Shown: positions 24,733 through 36,864 of the stretch, one piece after another
Numbering within the stretch: position 1 is the stretch's first letter
Layout of the letters: each line of letters opens with the position of its first letter
Assembly: GCA_001662655.1 (NCBI GenBank)
Contig: KV460283.1
Direction: 5' to 3' (one strand)
Origin: Pseudogymnoascus verrucosus
Taxonomy: Eukaryota
Length of the DNA stretch: 64,000 bases
The notes under the pieces: model-generated
What the model saw: only the letters and a program-made list of their open reading frames with translations
Database searches by the model: none
What the model was told of the DNA's origin: nothing
Translations under genes and position numbers: made by a program

Positions 24733-25222
24733 TGGTAGAAAGTGTTACCTTCCACGATATGCTGTTGAATGCACAAGCGGCAAGGGAATACCTTGATGTC
24801 TTTAGACAGTGCAGAAATCCCGAAAGGGGGTGTTGAGGCAGAGATATATTTGAACGATATTTGTTTTGTAACCTAGCTCTAAACGCCGAAATTGAAGCTT
24901 CAATCATGCTATTATATCAGTTCTGACACAGCTAATTGCATAATCAAACCCATAATGAGCAACTTACACAATTGGCTTGCTACTACATCTTTAACAGACA
25001 CATCGCCACCTATCTAGCTCGAATATATATCTCTCGGCCTGTAAATTACACAATAGTCATGTCACAACATCCCTCGACAGGAATGCAGATCCATTCCTGT
25101 CTGAAGCATGACGCAATAGGAATACACATGAATGCGCCTGTACTTTGGACACCCACGGGGTGTAGGGCGTGCTTTTTCCCATACAAAAAGAAACTTATTT
25201 ACTACAATTCGTGCACAGACAG

Positions 25223-25290
25223 ACCCTAAGGAAACTTATAATGTCTGTACCTTCAAACCCAAAGGAAACTTATGATGTCTGTACCTTCAA
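25223..25290. repeat. 34-bp direct tandem duplication upstream of the SDR gene
   Basis: ACCC(T/A)AAGGAAACTTAT(A/G)ATGTCTGTACCTTCAA occurs twice, with 2 mismatches. Confidence 0.85.
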
Positions 25291-25630
25291 CTACCAGAAT
25301 CCGGGTACATGCTCTGGGTATATACGCAGCATCGGATAACTCGGTTACATGCCCCGCACAATCCATATCCCTAGCTTCTAGAAATGATGGTATTCGTCGC
25401 CATGTACATTGCGGTTATATTGATACAACAGCAACACAGCTGAGAAGTGCGGCAGTTTTTACGTTCATCTCCATTCCCCGCATTTTTACCCCCTCTGGGA
25501 CCCCTCTCCCTCCCTTGCTATATTTATCTTAGCTACCAGAGCACTGGAATCCAGGCTTCTTATATTACGTGATTTTGTTTTCTTTCCTACATGCCTTTCT
25601 CGTATGCTCTACTGTCCAGCACAATCAAAA

Positions 25631-26670
25631 ATGGCGTCTATACAGCTTGACCCTACCCTGCTCAACAACATCAAATTTAAAACGGTCGTGGTGACTGGAG
25701 CAGCGGGAGGGATAGGTCTGGAGATCGTACGACTGTTTGAGAGTCATGGAGCGAATGTAGTGATGGCAGACCTCGAACGCGCGCGTCCAGCAGCAGAAGC
25801 ATTGATAGCTACACTACCGGATCCATCACGTGTCATTTTCGTCCCGGCCAACACTCTTGTCTGGGCCGAGATGAAGGAAATGTTCAAGACCGCCATTAAA
25901 ACATTTGGGGGCGTGGATACGGTCATTGCAAATGCGGGAGTGATGGAAAGCCATGCGGTGTTGGACGTCGAAACCGTTGATGCGAATGGAGATCTTCTGG
26001 AAGCAACGGAGGCTTCGAAGGTCATTGATATCAATCTGAAAGGCACACTGAGTAGTAAGTCTTTATATCCTCACCTTTGGTGCTTATTATCATTTACAGG
26101 ATACATTAGCATTGAGACTCGGTTTACACCACATAAAGGACAACGATAAACACCCAGACGGGTCACGAGGCTCTATTGTCTTGATCATCTCCACTTCTGG
26201 ATATTTCGGTGGCACCGGTGTAGCGGCATATATCTCTTCTAAGCATGGTATAACAGGATTACTGCGGGCATCTCAGCTTGAAGCAACAAAACACGGTATC
26301 AGGGTGAATGCCGTAGCTCCCTTTGTCACGCCTACTAGTATGGTTGGTGGTTTCGCATCGCAATGGGCTGCCAGTGGACTCCCGAGTAATACGACACAGC
26401 AGGTCGCGCAAGTAGTCGCAACTATTTCTGAGGATCCTAACAGAAGGGGTGCCTGCTACTTGGTACGTCTACATTTCTCAATACTAGGCTGAGCTAATGA
26501 AATCCAAATAGACCTGCGGTCCTATCATTAGGGAAATGGAACTTACCCGGAATGCTCTTCTCAGCCAGTGGCTCGGCAATGATGTTGCACAGCTAATGGC
26601 GGGTGCAGGTAGCTTCTTTGCAAGTATGGGTGGATATCCTCTACCTAGGTTGGAAGCGCTGCAATCCTGA
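25631..26670 (+). CDS. Classical short-chain dehydrogenase/reductase; exons 25631-26054, 26110-26462, 26512-26670; 311 aa
   Basis: TGAAGGIG, ANAG, catalytic S...YISSK and IRVNAVAP. Two GT-AG introns restore the frame. Confidence 0.9.
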
Positions 26671-27598
26671 AGAAGGGCAACAATACACACAGTGTACAGA
26701 TTCCAGGACCACGTCAGCTGCTCTAGAGGTTTCCATTGTCATGCTTGGGAATATAGTATTGCTTGAATGAGATGATGACGTTTGAAGTTCTGCTTATAAG
26801 AGGGTTAGATATAGTTTTGGTATCTTGATGTTTGGTAGTATGTCGATATTTAAAGTGTACCATAGAATCCAACCTCGATGTTTCCTATGAAGGAGGCTAA
26901 ACTCATACAGTGAATAAGATAAAACGTGTTGTCTACCTTCAATTCGTAAAAGCAAATATCTTGTGCAGTTGTTGCCACTTCTTTCACATTGCACACATTT
27001 ACTGGGACACATGTGATATGTCTGTAAATAGCGGTTATTAATTGACAGATAACGTCGACGCATTATTGATTCTCCGCCAGTTTTTGCCACTTCACGTAGG
27101 GTGGCCAGACTAACGTTCATGTTTCAAAATTTTGTGATGAGTTTGGGAGAGATGGTGGTGAGGTATGAGTGACACCGAGGTGGGCCTGTTCTACGGGGTG
27201 TAGTGAGGACTGAGAAGCTGTATTCCCCATTGCCCCCCCCCCGCCTTCGCTCCGCTAGCAATCACCAATAAAACTAATAACCCTAGGAATACTGTACACT
27301 TCAATAATTCTACTGTTAGCCGATTTGAAATGGAATCCGGGTCTTTTTCGCACCATATCATGAGGACATGTCGCATCTCGCCCGGCTATATCCATTTCTT
27401 GAGAATATAGCCGAGAGTTTGATCCGAGACTTCTCACTTTTGTCCCTCTGTTTAAGCAGGCAGTAAAAAGTGAGCCACAAGCGTTTAGCATATCATAAGT
27501 ATAACTGCATACTTCAAGAAGATCACAGTCAGTCCGAGAGTCTACTCATTTCAAAATTTACGTCCATCTATACGAAGCTAAGCTTTGAAAGTTTCACT

Positions 27599-29092
27599 AT
27601 GAGGGAGGCTCTCACATCTTTTGTGCACCCAGAGAGCATCAAGGCGGCTCTGAAAGACAAATCCCTCTTATATGAAAAATCATTTATCGGTGGCGAGTGG
27701 GTTGGCGGGAGCAGCACTTTTCCCGTCTATGACCCTGCCACCAACAAAGTCATCGCCAACATCCCAAACCTCTTAACCAAAGATTTCACAAAGGCAATTG
27801 AACATGCTCACATAGCTTTCAAGACATTTAGGAGAACGCAAGAGACCGCTCGAGCAAAGATGCTACATAGTTGGGCGGCGCTTATTCGTGAACATGCCAA
27901 AGACCTCGGTGTGCTCCTGACGATGGAGAACGGAAAGACTCTAGCGGAGGCGGAGGGCGAGGTCGAGTACGGCGCCTCATTCATTACCTGGTTTGCGGAG
28001 GAAGCAGTGCGATCGTATGGGGATGTGATTCCTTCTCAACACAAAGGCAGCACAAACCTCGTTATACGTCAACCCATCGGCGTCTGCGGTATCATTGCTC
28101 CCTGGAACTTTCCCATTGCTATGATTACGCGGAAGCTAGCGCCTGCAATAGCAGCAGGATGCACAGTCGTTGTAAAGCCGCCGAGTGAGACGCCACTGTG
28201 TACTCTGGCACTAACGGCCCTAGCCATTCAAGCGGGCATTCCACCAAATGTCATCCAAGTCGTCACGACAAAAGATCGGAATGCTGTGACAGAGCTGTAT
28301 ACGCATCCGCTAGTGAAGAAAGTCAGCTTCACAGGCTCAACCGGAGTTGGAAAACTCATCACAGAAAGGGCAGCAGGGACGATGAAAAAGGTTAGTATGG
28401 AGCTCGGTGGAAATGCTCCATACATTGTATTCAACGACGCTGATGTTGATATTGCTGTTGATGGCGTGTTGACGTGTAAATTCCGCTGCAGCGGACAGAC
28501 ATGCGTATGCGCAAACCGGCTCTATGTTCAATGCGGGATCCACGACGTGTTCGTGAAGAAGTTACAAGAGCGCATGTCTACCTTCAAGATTGGCAGCGGG
28601 CTCGACCCAGCTGTCACACACGGCCCGCTAGTGAACATGGCTGGAGTGAAGAAGACAAAGGAGCACATCGAAGATGCCGTATCTAAGGGGGCCACACTAG
28701 TCGCCGGCGGGACAAGTCCAGACTCCGAAGGCTATCTGATCCAGCCGGCCCTGCTCACAGGCGTCACCTCCGAGATGCTAGTCGCACGGGAGGAGACCTT
28801 TGGGCCACTCGCGCCCGTGTTCAAATTTGAAACGGAAGAGGATGTCATTAAACAGGCAAACGATACGGAGTTTGGACTGGCGAGTTACCTCTTCTCGAAC
28901 GACCTGAGACGGATCTGGAGGGTGGCAAACGCCCTGGAAGTGGGCATGGTTGGGGTCAACACTGGAATGATCAGCGCGTGTGAGACGCCCTTTGGTGGGA
29001 TTAAGGAAAGCGGACTGGGGAAGGAAGGGAGCAAGTATGGACTGGCTGAGTTCCAGGTCATGAAAAATATCACGTTAGGAAGCTTACACTAA
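27599..29092 (+). CDS. Aldehyde dehydrogenase, succinate-semialdehyde-dehydrogenase (GabD/Uga2)-like, 497 aa, intronless
   Basis: PWNFP, KPPSETP, SFTGSTGVG, MELGGNAP, catalytic FRCSGQTCVC, EETFGP and PFGGIKESGLGKEG. The first ATG in the ORF is at 27599. Confidence 0.94.
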   Translation: MREALTSFVHPESIKAALKDKSLLYEKSFIGGEWVGGSSTFPVYDPATNKVIANIPNLLTKDFTKAIEHAHIAFKTFRRTQETARAKMLHSWAALIREHAKDLGVLLTMENGKTLAEAEGEVEYGASFITWFAEEAVRSYGDVIPSQHKGSTNLVIRQPIGVCGIIAPWNFPIAMITRKLAPAIAAGCTVVVKPPSETPLCTLALTALAIQAGIPPNVIQVVTTKDRNAVTELYTHPLVKKVSFTGSTGVGKLITERAAGTMKKVSMELGGNAPYIVFNDADVDIAVDGVLTCKFRCSGQTCVCANRLYVQCGIHDVFVKKLQERMSTFKIGSGLDPAVTHGPLVNMAGVKKTKEHIEDAVSKGATLVAGGTSPDSEGYLIQPALLTGVTSEMLVAREETFGPLAPVFKFETEEDVIKQANDTEFGLASYLFSNDLRRIWRVANALEVGMVGVNTGMISACETPFGGIKESGLGKEGSKYGLAEFQVMKNITLGSLH

Positions 29093-29783
29093 AGTACCTT
29101 GGAAAACAATCTGCTTTCGAAAAAGTAGATTTAATGTAAATTGCTCACGAGTTTAGTTCCCGTGAAAAATCCAATGCTTGTTTCCAGTGATGATGATAAC
29201 ACAGAGTCTACTGCTAACCCCCTTTTTGCTTTATTTACCTTCTGGTCCTGCAAATTAAAAGGGAGAGCCCTATGTTACCTCGCCCCAAAACGACCCAAAC
29301 AACGACACTACCATTACCAGATCAGCGCTCGAAGGTTGCTTATGGCTGCGTCCATATCTTCATAACTTGGCCGCATAATGTTTAATTCAGTACATACACT
29401 AACCCTTTAGGCCTCCTGGTGTTGTGGAACAGGCCGTGACATAGGTACGACAGCCTCAGAGGATCTGTTTAAGTTCTGACGGGGACCTCAATTCTTTTCC
29501 CGGACCCTTTAGGATTATGCCCGTAGGACTTGTGTAACTAAGGATTTGCTGTCTAAAAGGAACTGCACGGGGACGCTAAACACTTGGGAATATTTGCTGT
29601 GCATTATAAGTTAGACAATATTATTTCCGTTTCATCCTTTCTTTAATAAAGTAAGCTAGGTGACTATGGTGACCCTCCCAGGATATGATTCGGGATAACC
29701 ACATCTATTTTATTATTTGCGTTATAAGATAGACTTGTAGAGAAAAAAAGCCATCAACAGCATCGGCCATCGGATCTAGGCTT

Positions 29784-31479
29784 CTAATCATCCATTCCCG
29801 TCTCACCAAACTCGCTATGAACAGTAGCACTGCCATGCAAGATCTTCTCATGGGCTGCTATCTTGTTCTGGGCAATTTCTTCCTTTGCTAGACGCGTTGC
29901 TTCTTTCCAGGTCATCCCCCTGCCGCCTTTGTAGTGGATCTCGAAGAGCTTGTCGATCTCCTCTAGAGAGAGGCCCGCCGTCTCGACATAGAAGTACCAG
30001 ATGAAGGGCAACCAAGCAATGTTCAGCACGGCAAAGATGATATAGAATTTCCAGCCGATGTTGGCAATACCTGTGGTGTTTTGTTAGCACATATACAGAT
30101 ACTTTTCATATTAGACGAAAGAAGGAGGCGCTGGCGATAAGTACATGAGAGGAGAACGTACCGATTGGTGTGATGAGAACAATGACGTAGACGAAGAGCC
30201 AATTTGTGATCATGGCAATAGAAGCACCCACGTTGCGCATGCGTTGAGAGTTGATCTCGGAAGGATAACAGAAGGGGATGGATAGGAAGGATAGACCCTA
30301 CAGAGTAAAGTTAGCCGCATTCAATGGGGTGGATGGCTTCGAAAGGCACGAAGGACTTACGAAGAATACATGGTAAACAAATATAGCCGTGACAGCAACG
30401 GCCTCGGAGGCTTTCGTCCCAATTCCCAGGCCGGCAGCAGCAACACCAAAGGAGATTCCCTGAGCCAAAGCGCCCACGAGCATAAGATTCTTACGTCCCC
30501 ACTTGTCAATGACAAGCATGACGATACTGCCCCAGAACATCAGCGAGATGAAGTCGCATGCCGAGAGGATCAAGGCCGTGCGATCACTGAAGCCAAAAGA
30601 AGTTGTTAAAATAACTGGCATATAGTAGACCACGACATTGATACCACCCATCTGTTGCATGATCGAGGTTCCGGCGCCCAAGGCGACTCGTCGGAAGGTT
30701 TGTTGCTCCCCGTTCGAGAAAATTTCGCGCCAGCCGACCTTGGCAAGCTCTTGTTCGTGGGTGACCATGGCGACGATTAGCTGCAAGGCCTCGGTAACAG
30801 ATTCATCGTCTCTATGCTTTGCCTGGAGGCGAGCAATGATCGTTTGGGCTTCTTCGTGTCGACCTTTCATGCAGAGCCACCTAGGAGACTCAGGCATGCA
30901 AGCAACAAGAAAGATGGCGAGCAGTGCGAAAAAGATCTGGAAGGCGATAGGGAATCTCCAGCTGACATCGTTGTCTTGAACGTAGGTGAAGCCGAGATTC
31001 ATCCAGTTGGTGAGCATGATGCCGCCAATCACGAGCACGAGCTGTAGAGCGATAAGCTTGCCGCGATGCTCGGGCTTGCACGTCTCACTCTGCCAGATAG
31101 GCACGGCGGCCGAGTTCATGCCTACCCCAAGACCAGCGACGATCCGCCCAACGATCATTTGGGCAATATCGTACGAGGATGATTGGATGGTGCCGCCAAT
31201 AATGACAAAGACGCAGCCCAGGGCAATAGTCTTGCGTCTGCCTAAGACGTCGCCAACGAAGATTGACATAAGAGCTCCAAGGATGCAGCCAATGTCGAAG
31301 GTTGATACGATCTGGCCCTGTATGCTAGGCGAAGGATTATTGAATGTTGAGAGGAACATCATGTTCCCCAGGATGCCTCCGAACACTCCTTGGTCAAAGC
31401 CAAAGAGCAGAAATGCGGTTCCGCATGTTGCGGTGATCCCCAGGGTCAAAGCACGCCCCTCGAGTTGAGCGAGCCACAT
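29784..31479 (-). CDS. Sugar-porter family MFS transporter (STL1-like sugar/polyol:H+ symporter); exons 31479-30361, 30297-30162, 30070-29784; 513 aa
   Basis: FGFDQGVFGG, GRRKTI, PIWQSET, WRFP, PESPRWL, QQMGGINVVVYY, YPSEIN and VETAGLSLEEID motifs. Confidence 0.93.
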
Positions 31480-32168
31480 GATTAAGGGGGTTCGAGATGT
31501 CTAGACACCTAGATCATTAGGGATTTGATGCGATCAGAATAAGAATTTGTTGGAATATTTAGTTATTATTTGTCAAAAACTTCGACTAGCATGGAAACAA
31601 GTCCTACTAATATAGTAAACGTGTAGGTAGAGCAGGTGGTACCTCCAATGCATATATATCAGTGTTTAACGTCCAGTAGCAAAAATACACTACCCGTTAA
31701 ACTTCCGAGCTAAATGAACCATGCCGAACCATTGTCCGGGGTCCCCACTCCTTAGCTGGGGCCCAGATTCGGAGAGTTCTCTAACAGCATTTAAACTTGA
31801 TAGCATATAACCGACCCTAGCCTCAGCAATGGCTTTCAATTCTTTCGGGACTTGCTCCAAACCTTGCTAATGACATCATGAAATAAGATATTATCTGAGT
31901 CTGGTATCTCGGATGAAGGGTGGCTTAGACTATTGAAATCAATTATGCGTTTGCATGTAGACCCTCCGTTCAATTCTGAGAACAAGAACCCGACTAACGG
32001 TTTACGGGACACCAGTTAGTCCACAGTTCAGACTCATGTCTATAGCAGAAGCTCTCACAACATGATGGCTAGATTAGGTTGATTTTCAAAGCGATGTCGT
32101 TCAAGCATCTGTGATACTATACTACCAGTAAGAATACTTTAGAATACAATCAATTCCTTTCAAATTCT

Positions 32169-33360
32169 CTAGACTTGATGCGCAGACTTTGAGGGCTGGA
32201 TGAGAATCTTCACATGCTCCGCCCTGTTGTGGATGAGCTCTAAGAAGCCACCTTGAATAGCCTTCTCAAGTGGTACAATCGATGTTATCATGTCCTCAGC
32301 GGCCATCTTTCCGCTCGCAAGGTCTTCGAGAACGTCCTCAAAGTCTTCATTCGTGTAGCAAATACCGCCCATAAGCTTGACCTCTTTAAATGAGAAACTG
32401 TTGGGGTTGATGAGCAGCGGTTTTTCGTGGATTGCTACGTTGAACACAATACCGCCAGGTTTAACCACGGCCATTGCAGTGTCCATAGTTGATTGAATGC
32501 CTGTAGCATCGAAGACAATGTCTGCTCCATCCACTATAATGCCGTGCATAGCGTCTAGAACTGGGTTCCATGTATCGAAATTGTCTCCATCCGGTGATTT
32601 TGCGAGCGGATTAACTACCAGGTCGGCTCCAAATTTCTCCGCTTGACGCGATCTTAATTCGGTCACTTCGCTGATAATCACTTTCCTCGCGCCCCGAGAC
32701 TTCAACAGGAGAAGTAGAGAGAGTCCGATTGGGCCTGCGCCTAGTATTACTGCGTCTTGGCCTTTCTTGAATCCGGAAATTCGAATCATGTGGGAGGCGA
32801 CAGCCAAAGGCTCCGCTAATGCCCCAACCTTGAGCGATACGCCCTTTGGGAGCGGGATGCAACTGACCGCCCTCACCACGATCTCATCAGCAAATCCTCC
32901 TCCATGAGCGCTTAGCCCGTAACATGCCCAATTTTTGCAGATGTTTGGCCGCCCTGACTCGCACGTCACACAACGTTCCTTGCCATGGTGTCTGTCATCC
33001 ATAGATGGATTTATGGCCACATTCTGGCCGACCTTAACTTGGCTGATATTAGAACCAACCTCGACGATGGTGCCGGACATTTCGTGGCCCATGACCACAG
33101 GCAGTTCGGCACCAGTGTGAGGGTTGCTTTGGCCTGGCTGAGGCGGAAAGATTGGTCCCCCAAGATACTCGTGGACATCTGTGCCACAAATGCCACAGTA
33201 TGCAATTTTGACTCGTACATCATCGTTACCACACGCCCTTCTCCACGGTCAGTTACAACTGTGTAGATACTACTAAGCAGGGCTGCACGTACTGTATCGT
33301 TACATCCTCGACCCTAACATCATTCTTAGCATGAAAACGGAGTGCTCTGATGTTTGCCAT
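32169..33360 (-). CDS. Zn-dependent (2R,3R)-2,3-butanediol-dehydrogenase-like MDR; exons 33360-33293, 33237-32169; 378 aa
   Basis: Spliced N-terminus MANIRALRFHAKNDVRVEDV...AYCGICGTDVHEYLGGP...GHE, plus GALAEPLAVASH and LGAGPIG: the BDH/sorbitol-DH-type pattern. Confidence 0.9.
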
Positions 33361-34130
33361 TGTAATCCGTACGTTCTGTAAGTGAATTCGCTGTCTGACG
33401 GAGCTGTCACCATGAAGGAGACTTAAGGTGGGAATGCATCACAATCCCTCGTTTCATTAGCTCCACAGGAGCGGCATTGTGGCGGTTAGAAGCTAGATCG
33501 AGCGAGCCGGGGTTGTTCATTCTCGGAAAAGGTGCATTAGAAGAGCACGTCTGTGCATAGGAGCCGAGGAGGCGCGGATGTAGAGAATGAAAGTATGGAG
33601 AGAGGGTGAGAGAGGGGATCAGTTGCCCACCCATCGGGATGTGGAGTTACGAAACTGGCTATCTTGGCTTTATCTGGACTAGCATGTCCATTCTCTCAGT
33701 GCTCTGTTTCGGGAAATGATTCCCCGCACCGGTTCCCCACATCAGATCAACACAGCTACGCCATAGCATATACCCGAGCCGTTGATGAGGTGTGTGGTTG
33801 CCTCAACATCATAGCAAGGCCAAATGATCCTCCCCCTGAGTAAAACTGCTTATAGACTCCTACAAATATTCATTCGCTATTTCCCCGCACCCGGCCGCGC
33901 GACCGGGTATATACTAGATCCCACGACGCGTGATCCTTAAACTTGGAGCAGCATTTTTCTACTGAAACAAGTTCAGATCCTAGTTTGCTTGCTCTAAATA
34001 TCTAGCCACTTATCAATCCATCTATCCGCCGTGTAAACTATGTAGTGAAAGTCAAACGACACTCACTCCTACCTTCTAGACTCTACTATAGTCTCGAAGT
34101 GTTGATACTCTTTCTGATCTCTACGTCACC
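33361..34130. promoter_or_regulatory. Bidirectional promoter between the BDH-like and acetoin-reductase-like genes
   Basis: Head-to-head genes. TCCCCGCA at 33721 and 33882, CCCCAC at 33735, CCGAGG at 33564. Confidence 0.55.
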
Positions 34131-35142
34131 ATGGAGTTCCACTATAGTCGCATGCGTCTGCCCCTTTCCATGCTTGCTCGGCGCTGGGCACAACCTGTGG
34201 TGCAACCTATGGTACAACCTATGGCTCGCCGCTGTATCGGAATTGAAACGGCGAAAAGGAACTCGCGCCAAAAAAGAACAGCCATTGTGACCGGCTCAAG
34301 TCGTGGAATGTATTTACGCCTCTATCCCAAATCCCAGACACAAGTGCTTGTGCTAACTTGAATTCAACATTCTCAGTGGTGAAGCCATTGCTCGTAGACT
34401 AGCAGCAGAAGGCTATGCCGTCACCATCAACGACATCGCAGCCAACAAGGCTGGCGCGGTCAGATTGGCCGCCGAACTGAACGAGACCTATGGGGACGGC
34501 ACCTCCACGGGAATTATCGCCGACGTGACCTCAGCATTGGAGGTGAAGTCCATGATTGAAGAATCGGTTAAGCAGCTCGGCCCCCTGACGGCTATGGTCG
34601 CAAATGCAGGCATTGCCAGCGTCGGCGCTGCGCTCGACTTGTCAGACGAAGACGTGGCGCAGACAATGAACGTCAACTTCACTGGCGTCTGGAACTGCTA
34701 TACTCATGCCGCCCGGCAGATGATCACACAAGGCCCCGTTTCCGAAGGCAGCACCGGGTACAAGATCCTAGGCGCGTCGTCAATCGCGGCGTACAAGCCT
34801 TTCCCTCTTCTGGCACACTACTGCGCCTCGAAGGGGGCCGTGAGGAGCCTGACGCAGGTTTTCGCAATCGAGATGGCCCAGCACAAGATCAACGTTAACT
34901 GCTACGCACCCGGTATCGTGGGAACGTCAATGTGGGACCGCATTGATGAGACGCTAGGCAAGATGCAGGGCCGCCAAAAGGGTGAGACGGTTCAGAAATT
35001 CGTCACGGAACTAACGGCTATGGGTAGAGTCAGCGTGCCAGAGGACGTCGCCAAGGTCGTTGGAGGCTTCCTCTGCGGGCCTGACTCGGAGTTCGTGACA
35101 GGGCAGAATATCGTCGTCGATGGTGGAATCGTCTTCTCGTGA
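34131..35142 (+). CDS. SDR, acetoin(diacetyl) reductase / meso-2,3-butanediol-dehydrogenase-like; exons 34131-34309, 34377-35142; up to 314 aa (start codon uncertain)
   Basis: TAIVTGSSRGI|GEAIA across the intron, ANAGI, ASSIA, YCASK, NCYAPGIVGTSMW and TGQNIVVDGG. Confidence 0.9.
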
Positions 35143-35299
35143 GGCGTCTTTATAGACTAGCTTACTTCTAAATTAAATCAGTAACTAGTCCAAGTGTCAT
35201 CAAAAACACCTAGATATCCGGTTTTAATTTAAAGTCTGAGAAGATTCTGTATCGTTTTAGCAAATAAGGTGAGCCATTTGTAGCAAATCGGTTGGCGCG

Positions 35300-36010
35300 A
35301 GCAGAATACAATATACGGTTATGGACCATTGTGTTGCCTGCAGATCTTTGGAATGGCAGGATCGATCATAGTAACGATAGGCGTACAGCGTAGACTCGGT
35401 CAGCACGTTTGGTATCTTTCGCCAGCAAGTGTCCCTAAGGTCATCATATTTTATTACGTGACGCAAGCCTTAAGCCTCAGTGCGTCATGCCCAGGGCGAG
35501 TGGCATTCACCATCTACTTTCTTCAGCTTCTTGGATCTTGATTGCAACGCAAGTGGTCACAAATGTTGTATCCATGCTCATCATGTTTTTGCAGTGTCCA
35601 GGACATGGCCCCGCCGTTCGGGATCAGCCAGATCAAGCAAAGTGCTTGGGAGTTCACATTCAGGCATACTTTGGCTTCTTCCAAGGATGTGAGTAAACCT
35701 GTTCCTCACTGTCGACAAACTGTCGCTGCTCAAGTACTAACATCTCGACTTCACAGCCGTTAATTTAGTAACTGATCTCTACCTTGCCGTCTTCCCAACT
35801 TACATCATCTGGAACTTGAACATGAAACTGAAGGCAAAACCCGGATTAATGGCTCTCAGTCTAGGAGTATTGTGAGTTCTATATTCGTACCTCATTCAAG
35901 AAGCTGGCTCACAAGTTAATACGCTGTTTCTACTGTTCCAGTGCCATAGCCGCATCAATTTGTCAAAACGGTTGAAGTCCGTGTTCTAGCAAACCCAGAT
36001 GACGATCATT
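35300..36010 (+). pseudogene. Decayed PTH11-like (fungal rhodopsin-domain) integral membrane protein fragment
   Basis: Hydrophobic segments LGQHVWYL, RVAFTIYFLQL, MFLQCP and DLYLAVFPTYIIWNLNM lie in different frames with stops. No intact start found. Confidence 0.6.
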
Positions 36011-36864
36011 GAATTATAGGCAGTATTTACCAGAAATCAAAATTTGCCAGTTGACCATATGCAGCATTTGTGATTCCCGTGAATGAAGTCCCAATACCAG
36101 TGGAGAAAGAATGCCATAAGCCAACAACCGACCAATTTCTGACTGAATCTTAATACGACGGGCCTGCCCCTACCTTGAAATTGCTAAAACACCATGTAGT
36201 GAGAAGATGGAAAATCTCATGCATGAGCGTCTCGTATGCTGTGTCGTCCATGGTGTATTCGATCTTGTGCTCCAGTTGGTTCGAAAGCAAACGTTTCTCT
36301 CTAAGCAGAGCTTCGATCATGGCCTCCTGCCTCAATCTCTCCTTATCGTGTAAGTCATTTAGCCGTCGGATCTTTTCGTCCGCAATGACGAGCTGAAATT
36401 TTTTGGCGACATTTCCCCTTATAGTGTCAAACATTTGCTTTCGAGGCCTGCCCTGACTCGAATGATGGCGGAAGAGCACGTGGTTACCTAGGTAGTTTGA
36501 GTAAGCCGCCTATATGGGGTCGGGCCGGCTATTTGCCCCCTTGTCTCCAGGACCAATTGCAGCAAGGAGCGGCTTCCAACTATGCTGAACAAGTGATGAC
36601 GGCCTTTGAGTTGGTTGGCTCCATTGCCCGCGGGTTATTGCAGCACGACCCTCTGGAACCATAGTGGCAAAATATCGGACCCCATCAATTACCGAGAACC
36701 TGGCCGGATGATTTGTAGGCTGGATGATGACAAGATCTCAGAAATAAATCTCTCCATTTTCATTGAAAAGGACTGAAGATTGAACTGCTAGACCGGATTG
36801 TTGACAGAGCGTGAGCGGCGTGCCATCTCTCCCAATCGTTGTTTTCTCGACAGCTACTTCCACT

